A stretch of DNA of 64,000 nt from the human T2T-CHM13v2.0 reference genome, Homo sapiens: the NCBI RefSeq assembly GCF_009914755.1, contig NC_060937.1. The stretch is one strand, 5' to 3'. Of this stretch, positions 42,359 to 56,749 are shown piece by piece. The translations under genes and the position numbers were made by a program. The notes beneath the pieces were generated by a model. The model was given only the letters and a program-made list of their open reading frames with translations. It was not told where the DNA came from and did no database searches. The stretch's first letter is position 1; the number at the start of each line of letters is the position of its first letter.

Positions 42359-44559
42359 TTATTTTTAGGTGCACATCATAGAAGAGTAGAAAGCCATGGA
42401 TTGATTGAAGGTTACAATTATTGCCAATGCAGAATTTCACACAAGTAAAATGCTGCTTTATTAAACTTAAAAAAACCTCACTTTATTATAAAATTGAATT
42501 GAGAGGGCTTATATAAATCATAAATCCACAGAGTGTAATGAGTCAAAACTGAAATCATGAATTGAAGGGATAGGGAATGTAGGACAAGCAGAACATGAAC
42601 ATAAGAAAGATAAACTAAACCACAGATGGATTCAAATTCCTGCCATATGTTCCAGTATCTGTACAAGTAGTCATGATAAACTTAGTCTTTCTAGAAGTCA
42701 ACTCGGGGACAGAATCATGGCCTCATCCATGCCCTTTACAGCCCAGCTTTTCCCTACACTCTTTCATTCACCTCGGGACAGAGTATAGAAGGAAATGATC
42801 AATGCCCAGTATGTAATAGATATTCAGTAAAATTATTTTTCTTAAACTTCTGAAGAAAACTTGCCCCTTCAAGGAAAAAAAAGAAAGTTAACATACTTGC
42901 ATACATTGAATATCTAAGTTCCAGTCACTTCAAGCAACTGTGTCCTGCAAATAAGAAAACTGAAGATGAAATGGCTGAGGTAAATTGCTCAAGGCAGAGG
43001 AAGCCTGAAACCCAAACCCTAGATTCAGTCCTGGTGTGCTTTCTGTGACATGATAATTGCTTCCAATGATGTCCATTCTGTGAATGTTACTAAAGGAGAA
43101 TAACAGTTTTGTGCCACTTCACTTGTAATTAGTTGTCTGTCTTTGCTACAAGCTTTTGAAGGGAGGTGCCAAACCATACAGCACCAAGACAGTGCCTGGA
43201 GCCTTGATGATAGCCCAGTAGAAATTTCTAAAAGGAAAAAATGTTGAATGAATTCAGTGCTTTGTGCATAATACTGGTATTATAAATTATTATTTATTGA
43301 GATCTGAGACAGTGACTTGGACCTGTAGCTTCTGGAGGGAAGAAATGCTGAGTAAGAGATGGAAAGCCATCAGTACAACTGGTAGCAGTCTGTAGTGGCT
43401 CAGGTATTTTGCAGTTAAAAGGAATACATTACAGGTCTATAATGACAGAGTCCAGTAAATTGTTTTCTGTTATCCTAGTGAACTTACACTTGCAATTCTG
43501 GTACCATAAGTCAACAGATAATTCACAACTTGCCATCATGAATATTAGAGATGTTTTTATATTTCTCAAATATAAACTTAGGTAAGTTTGTACCTGAAAG
43601 CTAGCAAATAAGTTAGCAAATGTATAATTTCATTGTGTGCTTTTCTTTGTTTTTGCAACCATAGTGGATCTCTTGATAAAGAGTGTAATTAAATCACAAG
43701 GTAACACTAAATCTAGGTTTTATTTCATATAAAAAAGTACCTTTCTCACTCTCATCATGACTACACTATCTTCTACCCTTTCCCCAAATAAGAAATTTGG
43801 AATGTATATTAAAATTTCTAGCAGGAAACAGCTCACAAATGACATGAAGAGACTTTAAAGAAGGGGAGAGCTTACAAATCTGTAGGAGACTCTACAAAGA
43901 ATTCAAGGCACAGAAGGTAGCAACAGTAGGAAGACATCTTCCTGAATGGCCAAAAAGGTTTGAGAAAGAAATACTGTTGCTGAAGCCAGAAAAACAAATC
44001 TGGGGCTAAGGAGGAGGATAATCAGATGGAATTTTAGTTTATGAGATTTCTTGAGAGACAGTGAGAGAGAAAGGGGAAGAATTAGCCTGATCTCTCGTTC
44101 CTTTTTCTCGTTTTCAGCTGACACGTCCCACTGGTCAAATCCAATTGGAAGCCACTGGCCAAATAGCCAAGACGATAGAGCCTCTAGGTTGCAGCCTCCC
44201 TTGGCACAGGAAGGGAGGTTATTGGATCTGTTAGAAGCCAGATAATAGATGGGGCTGTGGCGTGTGGGGGGTTAGAGATGGGGCAAACAAAACAACCAGC
44301 ATAGAATACATTTTCCTCTGCATCTCTCTTTCCCTGTGGCCTGTCATTAGGTCTGGACTGAGAATTTTCCTAGCAGGATTTTCTTTGTGATTTTCCTTAC
44401 TTAACATTATTACATATTCAAGTCTCATTACCTAGGATCTTGGTCTATCGTTTTTTCTCCTCTTCATCTTCTATCTCAAAATCTCCAATACATGTTTACT
44501 TATACTTATTTTTCAAATATTTTCCTTCCATCCCTTTTTACACAATACAACTACTTTTT

Positions 44560-44868
44560 CTTTTCTCTTCTCTCTTTTTTTTTTTTTGACAAAATCTTCG
44601 CTCTTGTTGCCCAGGCTGGAGTGCAGTGGTACGATCTCGGCTCACTGCAACCTCTGCCTCCCGGGTTCCTCGATTCTCCTGCCTCAGCCTCCTGAATATC
44701 TGGGATTACAGGCACCTGTCACCACGCCCGGCTAATTTTTGTATTTTTAGTAGAGACGGGGTTTCACCATGTTGGCCAGGCTGGTCTCGAACTCCTGACC
44801 TTAGGTGATCCGCCTGCTTTGGCCTCCCAAAGTGCTGGGATTACAGGCGTGAGCCACTGTGCCTGGCC
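44560..44868 (-). mobile_element. AluS
   Basis: Alu consensus in reverse. Confidence 0.95.
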
Positions 44869-45331
44869 AATAATACATCTTCTGCATCCTTGCATATCTG
44901 CAAGTTTCTATCATCTGAGAGGTGAGTAGTTTCTTATCTAGCTATAGAAGTTTCAGATTGCGGAGCTTGTCCCTCTGAAGCGTGTAGAGTTTTTCCACAG
45001 TCTTCTCATTTCCAGCATTGTAGATGAAAAGCCTGTTGTAAACTGTTACAAGCTTATTTGGAAGCTTGTTGTATATTTTAAAAATATTTTTCTTCAACAC
45101 AAAATGTCAGGTTTTATCTGACTCAGTGATATTTATTCTATTTGATTGTCATCTCAGATATTTTTGCAACTTCTTTTGTTTGCATTTAGATTTTCTACAG
45201 ATCTTTGCAGAGTCTTTCCATGATTTCTATCTCTTTGTAAAAGTATTGCTCTGTAGTTGGTATTTCTTTGAGGTCTCTAATGTTGGTAGTGCTGATGCTT
45301 CAATTTATCTGCTGAATATTTTTGTTCATGG

Positions 45332-45335
<4 letters not shown>

Positions 45336-45364
<29 letters not shown>
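45336..45364. repeat. (TA)n microsatellite
   Basis: Direct observation. Confidence 0.95.
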
Positions 45365-45369
<5 letters not shown>

Positions 45370-46559
45370 TTAAAAAGGTCTTTAAAAAAATATTTACTTG
45401 AATTTCCTGAAGTGCTTGTTGTTTCTTCAAGTTGTCACCTGTGTCTTCCAGGAGCTCAAATTCATTAGGATTTGGGAAGATTTTTCTTGTTTGTTCTTTC
45501 TTTGGCTGCTGGGCCCCCTGAGGTGTGTGGTTAATCTATCCCTGTGTTGTCATTGCAGCTCAGGTCCCATTTCTGGGCTGCCTTGTGTAATGGCAGCACA
45601 GTGGTTTCTATCCATGTGGCAGGCAGTGAATCTGCAGCAAGTCCTTGTCCCATCTTGAGACACCAGCAGGAGATGTCTCTGCTCCTAGGTTCCTTTGTTT
45701 TTCTGCCTTCAGGAAAACATCTCTACCTCCTCTCATCCTGGAAGCCATGGCAACTGTTGTGGTTATTCCCTTTGGGATCCAGGTCTATCTGTGGATCACT
45801 TTGTCCTGTAAACTGCGGGCAAAGCCTTACTGTGGGGCTCTTCCACTCTTCGTCTTCCAGTTCTCCCATGCTGAAGCTAAGATAGTCCTGCAGCAGCTCT
45901 CTTGCCCACTCTCTGGGGGCCAAATACTTTGCCTGGAACTGTGGGTCCAGGGGAGGTGTTTGGTTTGGATTTGAAGTTGGGAGAGGAAAGAAGATTGCAT
46001 TTAATATGCTACCACTTATTATTATGCTTAAAAATGCTTTAGGCTTTCTGTAGATGCACTATTAATATTATCGTATTTTTGCCCTTCTACCCAGCAATTC
46101 AGATTGGTAATTCACTTTTGAAATATGTTTTTTAAAATTTGAATTCAAAATTTTCCATCATTTAAAATTGTTTCTACATTTAAAAACCTTGACTGTAACA
46201 TTTTCTCTTAAGTTATGACTTGGGAATAAATGTGTGCCTATTTAGTATGCTAAAGGGTTGTCATAGTTATGGTTTCTGGGGTGCCATGTTTAGCTTGCGG
46301 TTAGTAGACTACAGAAGGTTTATAGTTAGTGCCAGTGGAGAGAGATCCTAGCCAACAAGTTTCATGTGGATGTGGAGTGTGTGGCTCTTGGAAAGGTTAC
46401 ATCAATTCAGTTGGCTATGTAAAAGCTCAGCTCAGGACTGGCATACAGTCATTCTCCCTGAGGACCCCACCCTGTGAAGAAGATTAGACTTCTGGAGCCT
46501 CCTTTTCCCTTCCCTTGTTGAGTCATCAGGCCTAGGGTGAGCCAGGCTTACTCTTTAAT

Positions 46560-47008
46560 ATTACACTGCTCTGTGTCCCCACAAAAAGATATGTTGAAAC
46601 CCTAGCCCCCGGTACCGCAGAATGTTTCTTATTTGGAAATAGAGTCCTTACAGTGGTAATCAAGTTAAACGAGATTGTTAGGGTCGGCCAAATCCAGTGT
46701 GATTGGTATCTTTATAAAAAGGGTAGATTTGGATACAGAGGCAGACATGCACAGAGGGATGAAGGCCGTGGGAAGATGGAGAATTGGAGTGATGCTTCTA
46801 CAAGGCAAGGATGCCAAAGACTGCCAGCAAACCACCAGCCTGTGGGAACAGAGAGGCAAGGATCTGTTCCCTGTGGGTTTCAAAGATAGCATGGCCATGC
46901 TGACACCTTGATTTCAGACTTCTAGACTTCAGAACTGTGAAATAATAAATTTCTGTTGTTCGAAGTCACTGAGTTGTGGTACTTTATTACAGCAGCCCTA
47001 GGACATAC
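46560..47008. mobile_element. MLT1B/C MaLR LTR
   Basis: TGTGTCCCCACAAAAAGATATGTTGAA...CTTATTTGGAAATAG...GGTACTTTATTACAGCAGCCCTAGG. Confidence 0.88.
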
Positions 47009-48162
47009 CAGCAAACACTCATCATCACTGATATCCTTTTTGGGAAGTTTTGCCAATTCCATGGGTGCAAAGTATCTCATGCATATGTGTGTGTGTATAC
47101 ATGTGTGTTTTGGTGACACCAGCAGTCAATTTAATGAGCCAGCAAAGGAACACCTGAAGCATAGTTATGAAACTCCTGAACTACTTTGAACAAAACGAGA
47201 ACTCTCAGATAATATGATCCAGATCCCTGCCAAGTAGAAGAGAGAATGAATATGAACCCACCCAGTGAATCAGATGCTCTTTGAGTGACACAGTATTCCT
47301 CAAGGACCAACTTATGGTTTTTAAATTTGCATTTAATACTGCTGGGTTTTCCTTTCAGTGAATGTCCTTCTCATATCCTTTTGCCATTGGTTACTAGATT
47401 TCTTATTAACATGTAGAAGGTTTTTGTGTATATTTTATATATAATTCCTTGTTATATTTAGATGTTCCAAATATCTTCTCTAAGGCCCTCACCTATTTAT
47501 TACTTTTGTTCTATAGGATTCTTTCTTGAACAGATTCTTTGCTTTGATGTCACAGTCAGGCATTCTTGTTTTATGGTTAAGAATTTTGTGGATCCTTAAA
47601 ACAAAGATATTCTTCTATATATCCTTCTGATGCCTTTGTAATTTTATATTCACATTTGGGTAGCCAGTTAATTTGGATTTTATGTTTGTGTGAGGTATGA
47701 GAAAGTGGCCAACCTTTCCCAGCACCGTTTTGGCTTTTTTTTTTTCCCCTTCAGTTTTCCTAGCACCATATATTGAATAATCTATTCCTTCCGTCCTTGC
47801 TGCTTCCTTAAAAATATGTCAAGGTCCTTATACACACTCATCTCTTTTTGAGTTCTCTCTAACTCGTTTTTCTCCTGCTGTACCAGTATCACTATTTTTT
47901 ATTGGCTTTGAGGTGTGTCAGATAGGTAGTGTATCTTCAGTTTTTCAAAATTGATTTAGCTATTATAAATTTGTATTTTTCCATACAAGCTTTAGAATTA
48001 ATTTTTTTTCAAATAATCCAGCTAGTATTTGATTAAAATTTGTTGAAATTTTAGATCAGTTTGGGGAGAATCAACATCTTTACAATGTTTTAGCCCATCT
48101 GTGAATAGAGCATATTTCTTTATTTTCCAATTCTTCTTTAATATTCCTTTAATATATTTTAA

Positions 48163-48562
<400 letters not shown>

Positions 48563-49042
48563 TTCAGCTATATCTTCTAATTGGTTAGTGTAGAAAAATG
48601 CTATTGAGAAGTTTTTCTATTCAGGAACTCAACTCTTATTAATTCTTAAAGAGTTGATTTTTCTTCTCTCTAGATGATCAAATCATCTCTAAATAATCAG
48701 AGTTTTATCTCTTTCCTTCCACTCATTATTTTTCTCTTATTACCTTGGTCAGCATCTTTAGCATTATGTGGTATCTTTGACTTTTTTCTATCTTAATAGT
48801 AATGGGTCAAAAATTTCTCTTTTCTACTTTTCTACTCTATGCTATAACTTTGATATATGTCTTTAACAAATCAATTTATAGGCACTTTCTTTTATTCCAT
48901 GTTTTGAGAATATTCATTACAATCGAATATTGAACTATATCACATGAATTTTTGGCATTTACTAAAAGTGTGTGAGTTTTCACCCCAATCCATTAATGTG
49001 GTGAAATACAGTGGCAGATGTTATCATATTAAGCTACTCTTG

Positions 49043-49400
49043 TGTATTAGTCTATTTTCATGCTGCTGATAAAAACATACCCGAGACTGGGAAGAAAAAG
49101 AGGTTTAATTGGACTTACAGTTCCACATGGCTGGAGAGGCCTCAGAATCATGGCGGGAGGTGAAAGGCACTTCTTACGTGGATGGCAGTGGCAAGAGAAA
49201 ATGAGGAAGAAGCAAAAGTGGAAACCCCTGATAAATCCATCATATCTCGTGAGACTTATTCACTATGACAAGAATAGCACGGGAAAGACCGGCCCACATG
49301 ATTCAATTACCTCCCCCTGGGTCCCTCCCACAACACATGGGAATTCTGGGAGATAACAATTCAAGTTGAGATTTGATGGGGACACAGGCAAACCATATCA
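49043..49400. mobile_element. THE1C-like solo LTR
   Basis: TGTATTAGTC...AAACCATATCA, closely similar to 15821-16174. Confidence 0.9.
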
Positions 49401-51994
49401 CCTGCTTTCTTGGAATAAAAAAAGCAATTTCTGTGATTATGAATTTTAAAAATACTTTATTAACTTCTGTTATTTGGTATTTTATCTAAGACTTTTTCTC
49501 TTTTATATTCTTAAGTGAATTGTCCCTGCATTTTGTCCTTGGGCCTTGGTTAGATCTGGAATCAAGATTTTATTATCCTCATTAAATGAACTGTGTTGCC
49601 TTCTCTCTTATTCTGTCATGTGTAAAAATATTTTAGTCTGGGACATATTTCAGGGGAGTACAGATCAAAACTCCATTCCTTTCTGCATTTATGTTGGCAT
49701 TTCATATGATTCTAAAAGTCCATTCTAGTTAGATTCTCAAATTTTAGTTAATAGTTCATAATGTTCTTGTAAAACAACTCGGAGTATTCATTTAGAAGAT
49801 GTTTATTGAACACTTCCTATGTTCTAGACGATGTAGGGGCTAGGGAAATAGCAGCAATCAAATAGAGAAAAGTCTGTGGCCTTGTGAGACTTACTTGCAT
49901 TTTAGCAAGAGGGATTAAAAAAGTACACCTTAGCTGACATTGTATTAGATCTTTGTTTATTGCCCCATTTTACTCTGTATTTATCTTACTGTAGCTTATC
50001 CTTTAAAAAAATTTAAAATTTTCACAAAATTCCTATCCAGGGGTATATTTATCTAAGTGATCATTTCAAAGAACCAATTTTGGATTAATTTGCCTTTTTT
50101 TGATATGTTTGCAGGGAATGGCATCTCCATTCCATCATTTATGCCCTTCTCTTTAAATCCTCCTTCTTGTTTCTTGGTTTTCACACTTGCATTTTCCAAC
50201 TTCTTGATTGGCTGGCTGATGGGGTGCAGTGCTTCTTCTTCAGTGTACAGTGTTACTATACCAGGAGAGCTCACTGCATCTTGCTTTTCTCTCTTCACGG
50301 GGTCTTTGTTATTTCTGCTTTCTTTCAGATTCTTCTGCTTACCAGAGGCTTGGGGCTTCATGGTCTCAGGAGGTTGTAGAGTAGGCCATCTACTGTGCTG
50401 TCTATGAGTAGAAGGACCTTGGTTCCTAAATATTACTCCATGAGTTTGTCATGTTTTCCGTTTTTAGAAACCCGGTCCCTTGAGTCTTTGAGGTTTTGTT
50501 TCTGAGCCCCTTCCTGAGCAGTAGGAGAAGAGGTGCCTCATTCCTTGTCATGAGTTTCAGGTAGGGGGTAGGGTTGACTGATAACAGATACTTTGGCAAC
50601 AGAATTTAGAACGTAGGTAGGAGAGTATGGACTTGGTTAAATGATGCAAGACCACAGACATTTTGGCAAATGTGTATTTTCACATTTAATCTTCTCACTG
50701 TTCATTTTAGATTACTTATGCTAAGAAGTTTTAATAATTATCTCCAGCAGTAATTCTTCCTTCTACATATTATCTTACTACTTTCTTTGGACCTCTGTTG
50801 TATATATTTATCTCCTTTAAAATAGTGATGTTTGCATAACTTTGTCTCCCATCCTAATGAGAACACTGAAAGGGCTGAGACTGGGTTTTCATCTTTGTGT
50901 TTTCCATCGTACTGTGTATATATAGTAGATGCCAAAGGAAAGTTGAGATGTATTAAATGAAATATTGTCAAGCCCTACTTTTAGACAGAGAGAGTAGTTT
51001 CTTGATATTAGAAAGCCAAGAATAAAATTCACATCTATGAAAATGCTTTGTAGACTGCTTTATGTGACCATGAGCAAGTTACAGAACTTCTCTGTGCTTT
51101 AGCTTTCTTTTTGCAAAGTGGCAGTAAAACCTGCTTCAGGGGGTTCAGAGGATGAAAGGAGGAAAGTAAGAAGCTGTTTCAATTGGAGCAATGAGGGAAT
51201 ATGGTCAGATGTGGACACCAGAAGTAAGGAAAAGGGCCAGATTCCAGAAAAAGTAGATAAGTCACCAGGCATGAGTTCCAGCCACTGCCACCTGTTTCCA
51301 GTTCCCGTTCCTCATGTCTTAGGCTGAGCACACAGGAGGCGTGGAAAATGTCCCCTGCGCCAGTACTGTGACATTTGGAGTGCATCTGCACTGGAAGCAG
51401 GTGTTCTTGCCCCTCCCGTGCTTTATTTTTATGTTATTTGTATTTTGACAACTTTTTTGAGCTAGTTTGCATGCTGTAAAATCTTTCCTTCTTTATTAAA
51501 GATTCTTAACCATTCTCCCACATTATCATGATTATTTAGGGTTACTTTTTTACAGTGGACTGATACTTTCTTAAATGGTCTGCTTTTCTGTTGCTAGCAA
51601 TGATAAATTATAAGTGTTTTGTATGTGGAATTTATAACCAGATTCTTATTTATTTGCCATTTTTAATTTTGTTTATAAAAGTCTTTTGTACTGTTAGGTA
51701 AAAAAGTGACAGTTTAACTGAGAAGCTACTCACCCTTAACTCATGACTCACCTTCAGTCATATGTTAAACTTTATGGATCAAGACTTATTTTCTGACAAT
51801 AGAGCTTCTAATTTTGTTCATTATGTGATACTCAAAATTCTTAATGAAAGCTATGGATTCTTTTATTAAAAAATGAATATAAGCACACATTTTGCACATA
51901 ATTTCAGTGGTTTCATGAATCCCATGAGTCTTGTTCAATGGAGCAAACACCTCTGGCTAGGGCGAATGTCATATCTTTTATACCTTGAAACAAA

Positions 51995-52291
51995 GTTTGT
52001 TTTTGTTTCTGAGACAGAATCTCACTCTGTCACCCAGGCTGGAGTGCAGTGGCATGATTTTGGCTGACTGCAGTTGTGACTTCCCAGAGTCAAGCGATCC
52101 TCCCACCTCAGCCTCCAGAGTAGCTGTGGCTACAGGCGTGTGCCCCCACACCTGGCTAATTTTTGTATTTTTTGCAGAGACGGGGTCTCACTCTGTTTCC
52201 TAGGCTGGTCTTGAATGCCTGAGCTCAAGCAATCTGCCTGCTTAGGCCTCCCAAAGTGTTGGGATTACAGGCGTGAGCCACTGCACCTGGC
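51995..52291 (-). mobile_element. AluJ
   Basis: Alu consensus in reverse. Confidence 0.93.
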
Positions 52292-53079
52292 AAAACTAAG
52301 TTTTTTAATGTGCCAAAAGTTTTTCTGTGTGGTCCAACTTATGGAATTTTTAGAAGCTGATTATTTAACCAGGATTATAATTTTCAGCCACTTTTTTGCA
52401 TCCTCATTTACCTTTACATTCTTGAAGTATTAGATTGTTTTTACAATTACCCTGTGAAGGTCAGTGAGGAGATAATGATTAACTGTGAAGGAGGACTGTG
52501 TGAGCAAAAATGTTAATGTAACTGGCCTGGGATTACATAACTCATGTTGGTGGTTTAGGTCTTATAAAGTACTTTCCTGTGTGTTTTCATCTGATTCTTT
52601 CAGAAACCCTCTCTGTTAGGAATGGCAGATGAAATTGTCATTTTACATATGAGGAAACGAAAGCCCACTTAAGGGACTTATATACAGCTTTCAAATGGTG
52701 GGGTTGAGGTGAGGGCCTCTAATTTTTAATCCCAATATTACTTATGGATTGAGTATATTTTCCCATGGGTCATTGTAGTTGCTAATTAAATGTATAAGTT
52801 TTTTTTTTTACTATAAATCTCTCTCTCTATAAAACTCTATATAAAACTTATGTATATATTCTTTTGGGTTGACTGTTTTTTAGACTTATTTTTATCTAGT
52901 CTTTTTTTCTTGAAATTCATTCCATTCTTTTCCCTGTGTGAGGATTTTTTTCTAATGCTCCTGTGATATTTTTTCTCTGCTTTCTAGAGGTGCCTCAGAT
53001 TTTTTAAAAAATTTTTATATTCTGTAAATAGGGCTTTGGAATAGAGAAAGGTGAATGTAAGAAGTATGTCAGTGAATTC

Positions 53080-53084
53080 TTTTT

Positions 53085-53124
<40 letters not shown>

Positions 53125-53419
53125 TTTTTTTTTTTTTTGAGACGGAGCCTCGCTCTGTCGCCCAGGCTGGAGTGCAGTGGTGCGATGTCGGCTCACTGCA
53201 AGCTCTGCCTCCCGGGTTCACACCATTCTCCTGCATCAGCCTCCTGAGTAGCTGGGAGTACAGGCTCCCGCCACTACACCCGGCTAGTTTTTTGTATTTT
53301 CAGTAGAGACGGGGTTTCACAATGTTAGCCAGGATGGTCTCGATCTCATGACCTTGTGATCCACCCGCCTCGGCCTCCCAAAGTGCTGGGATTACAGGCG
53401 TGAGCCACTGCGCCTGGCC
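53080..53419 (-). mobile_element. AluY with (TTTC)n tail microsatellite
   Basis: AluY diagnostics and TSD GTCAGTGAATTCTT. Confidence 0.95.
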
Positions 53420-53523
53420 GTCAGTGAATTCTTAAGTATTGTTTTTAAATCTAAAATGCTTCCTTTTAATCAAGTTCATTAAGAGAATATAGGAATATGG
53501 CCACTTCTAAAGTTGGGCTTCTT

Positions 53524-54456
53524 TTTTTTAATTTTTAATTTTTTGGTTACATAATAGGTATATATGTATTTATGGGTAACACAAGATTTTTATACAGACA
53601 TGTAATGTGTAATAATCACATCAGGGTAAATGAGGTATCCATCACTTCAAGCATTTATCCTTTGTGTTACGAACAATCCAATTATACTCTTTCAGTTATT
53701 TTAAAATGTATGGTTAAATTATTTTTGACCACAATCACCCTGTTATCCTAGCAAATACTAGGACTTATTCCTTCTTTTGATTTTTTTGTAACCATTAACC
53801 GTCCCCACTTCCCCGTCACCACTCCACTACTCTTCCCAGCCTCTGGTAACCATCCTTCTAATCTCTATCTCAATGAGTTCAATTGTTTTAATTTTTACCT
53901 CCCACAAATATTTATAAAAAATAAATATTAATTTATAAAAATAAACTTTTAGCTCCATGAGAACATGCAGTATTTGTCTTTCTGTGCCTGGCTTATTTCA
54001 CTTAACATAATGATCTCCAGTTCCATCCATGTTGTTTCAAATGACAGTGTCTTGTTCTTTTTTATGGCTGAATAGTACTCCATTGTAAGTACCAATTTTT
54101 TTTATCTGTTCATCTGCTGATGGACACTTAGGTTGCTTCCAAATCTTGGCTATTGTGAATAGTGCTGTGCTAAATATGGGAGTGCAGATCTCTTTTCGAT
54201 ATCCTGATTTCCTTTCTTTTGTGTATATACCTAAGAGTGGGATTACTGGATCTTAAGGTAGCTAGCTCTGTTTTTAGTTTTTTGAGGAACCACCAAACTG
54301 TTCTCCATATTGGTTGTACTGATTTACATTTCCACCAACAGTGTATGAGGGTTCCCTTTTCTTCACATCCTGGCCAGCATTTGTTATTGCCTGTCTTTTG
54401 GATAAAAGCTCTTTTAACTGGTGTGAGATGATCTCTCCTTGTAGTTTTGTCTTGCG
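53524..54456 (-). mobile_element. 5'-truncated L1MA2/3-like element
   Basis: Colinear with 1070-1910. ORF2 C-terminal remnant at 54170-54487. TSD AGTTGGGCTTCTT / AGTTTGGCTTCTT at 53511-53523 and 54457-54469. Confidence 0.92.
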
Positions 54457-55189
54457 AGTTTGGCTTCTTACTTACTAGAACTACCAAGAAAAGTTTTCTA
54501 GTTCTTCAGTTGCACCTTAATATGCTTGAACTTCTAGAGATGTTATGTAGATTTTTATATTTATTGATTTCATAATCCCCATCCTTTATACATTCTCAAT
54601 AGTATGAAATTAGTATGACATAATGTTTCTGTAGCACACTTGGTATGCCTCATTTATATAATTATTCCTAAGGAGCCTTAAAGGTGGTAAAAATGTGCTT
54701 TCTATTACCTAGTTAAAATTAGAATAGCAATATTGAGGGTCAGGTGTGTGTATATGTATATAGAATAAAATGTTTTTAGTACTGTTTATTTTTGAGAAAA
54801 TTATACTGACTGTTTTATAGTTAGTTTTAAATTTGTTCTCTTGATGTTACCCTTGGGTAGAATATCCTATTAAATTTTGTTAGTAATTTTCTTAAATATT
54901 TAAATCTTTCAGAAAAATTTTGAAGTTTTTGGTGTAAATTTAGAACCAATTAAGTTCAGAACAAATCTGCTCTAATAGTTTATGCTTTCCTCTTCTTTTT
55001 TTAAAAAAGGGTTATTTTCTTTCTATAGTATACTTATTTTTTAAATATATTATGGATGTATTGAAGTACAGTAGTAATTTAGATATTTTTAAAAATTTTT
55101 ATATGGGAAAAGAATAGATTTACTTTTGTATTCTTGTAAATTATTGAAGTTTTAATCTGAATGGATTAATTGACTTGATTATATTCTAA

Positions 55190-55577
<388 letters not shown>

Positions 55578-55886
55578 TGAATAAATATTACAAGTGTTGC
55601 TAGTTACTCAGCTAAGTGTATTTTCTATTTAAGATCCTATTTTCTAGGTTATGAAAAGAAATGTTAGAAGATATTCAGAAGAAAAATGATAAACATAAAG
55701 TATTAGGATACTCCTCCAAGTAACATTTGTCATAGAATATTCTAATGTTTTCTGACTGCACTTGGAGTCAGAGGAAACTTTTAAATTTTTTTTAACCTTA
55801 TGTTTTTGGTTTTGTTATTTGTATTGATATAGACCATGCATGTAACAGCAAAATACTTTTTAAAAGTTAGCAATAAATTGGTTTAA

Positions 55887-56010
55887 CCCATTTATGCCTA
55901 GTGTTCCATTATTGGAACGTTAAGCTTGTGGGAATTATTTACAGCCTACTGTTCAACGCATCAGTTGTGATTTTTCACAAAAGTATTTTGCAACCTCTGG
56001 CATAAATGGA
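55887..56010 (+). mobile_element. MER85 piggyBac-derived MITE
   Basis: TTAA target sites at 55883-55886 and 56011-56014. TIRs CCCATTTATGCC / GGCATAAATGGA. Internal palindrome GTTCCATTATTGGAAC. Confidence 0.92.
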
Positions 56011-56304
56011 TTAATTTGGAAGTTGTATGTTACTTTGACTATTCTGTAACTAGTCTTTTTCTTGAAAGTGAAGTTCCCCAATGTCCTAATTCTTTGTTTC
56101 AGGATCTAGAAATAGTAGAAATCTTCCTAAAGTGTTCTCATTTCTGCTCTGTTCTAGAATGAGATATTTAGTGTATTTGGTGACCTATGGTGGTGTAGTG
56201 AGGGTTTTTGGTGCTGCATTGAGAACTTACTGTATTCCTAAGGCCATTCCAGGCTTCCCCTGAAATGATTCTCCCCTTGTCATATTTGTTCACTGTCCTA
56301 GACT

Positions 56305-56415
56305 GTATTATCAGCAAATACCTATAGATAATTCCACATAAACAAAAGCTCTTGGGGGCCTTCAACATTTTTTAAAAATATGAAAAGACCCTGAGATTCA
56401 AAAGTTTGAGAATTC
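56305..56415. mobile_element. Charlie1-like terminal fragment
   Basis: CCACATAAACAAAAGCTCTTGGGG...CCTGAGATTCAAAAGTTTGAGAA, the reverse-orientation relative of the 9127 element end. Confidence 0.6.
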
Positions 56416-56749
56416 TCTTGTAAAAAGTTTGGATTTTATCTTGAATGCAGTAGGAAGTCATTGAGTGACTTTTGCAAGAGCATGAGCTAATCAGTATTCT
56501 TAGAGAGCCCAGGTCATCCTCTGAAATGTGAGTTGCCCAGAAGCCAGCCAAACAGCTATTGCTGGAATTCAGGAGAGAAACGAGGGCTCAAGTTGCTACT
56601 TGTTGGGAGAGATGTGGTGGCTCAAATAGATCTAAAGGAGGTAGAATCAGTAGTCCTGGGAGGGTTTGAGTGTAAGAAAAAAAGTCTAGCTTACTCTTAG
56701 GTTTTTGATGTCTGAGGCCAGTAGCCAGTGATATTATAAATGGAGTGGA

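Noticed and set aside
50053-50407. 102-aa Lys/Glu-rich minus ORF suggesting a processed pseudogene
   Set aside because: No recognisable parent, poly-A or TSD, and its end (KLIQNWFFE) resembles L1 ORF2 KSWFFEK in a degraded L1 context
56085-56160. Acceptor-like TTCTTTGTTTCAG| as a possible LMO7 exon
   Set aside because: The downstream translation does not match LMO7 and no convincing donor follows
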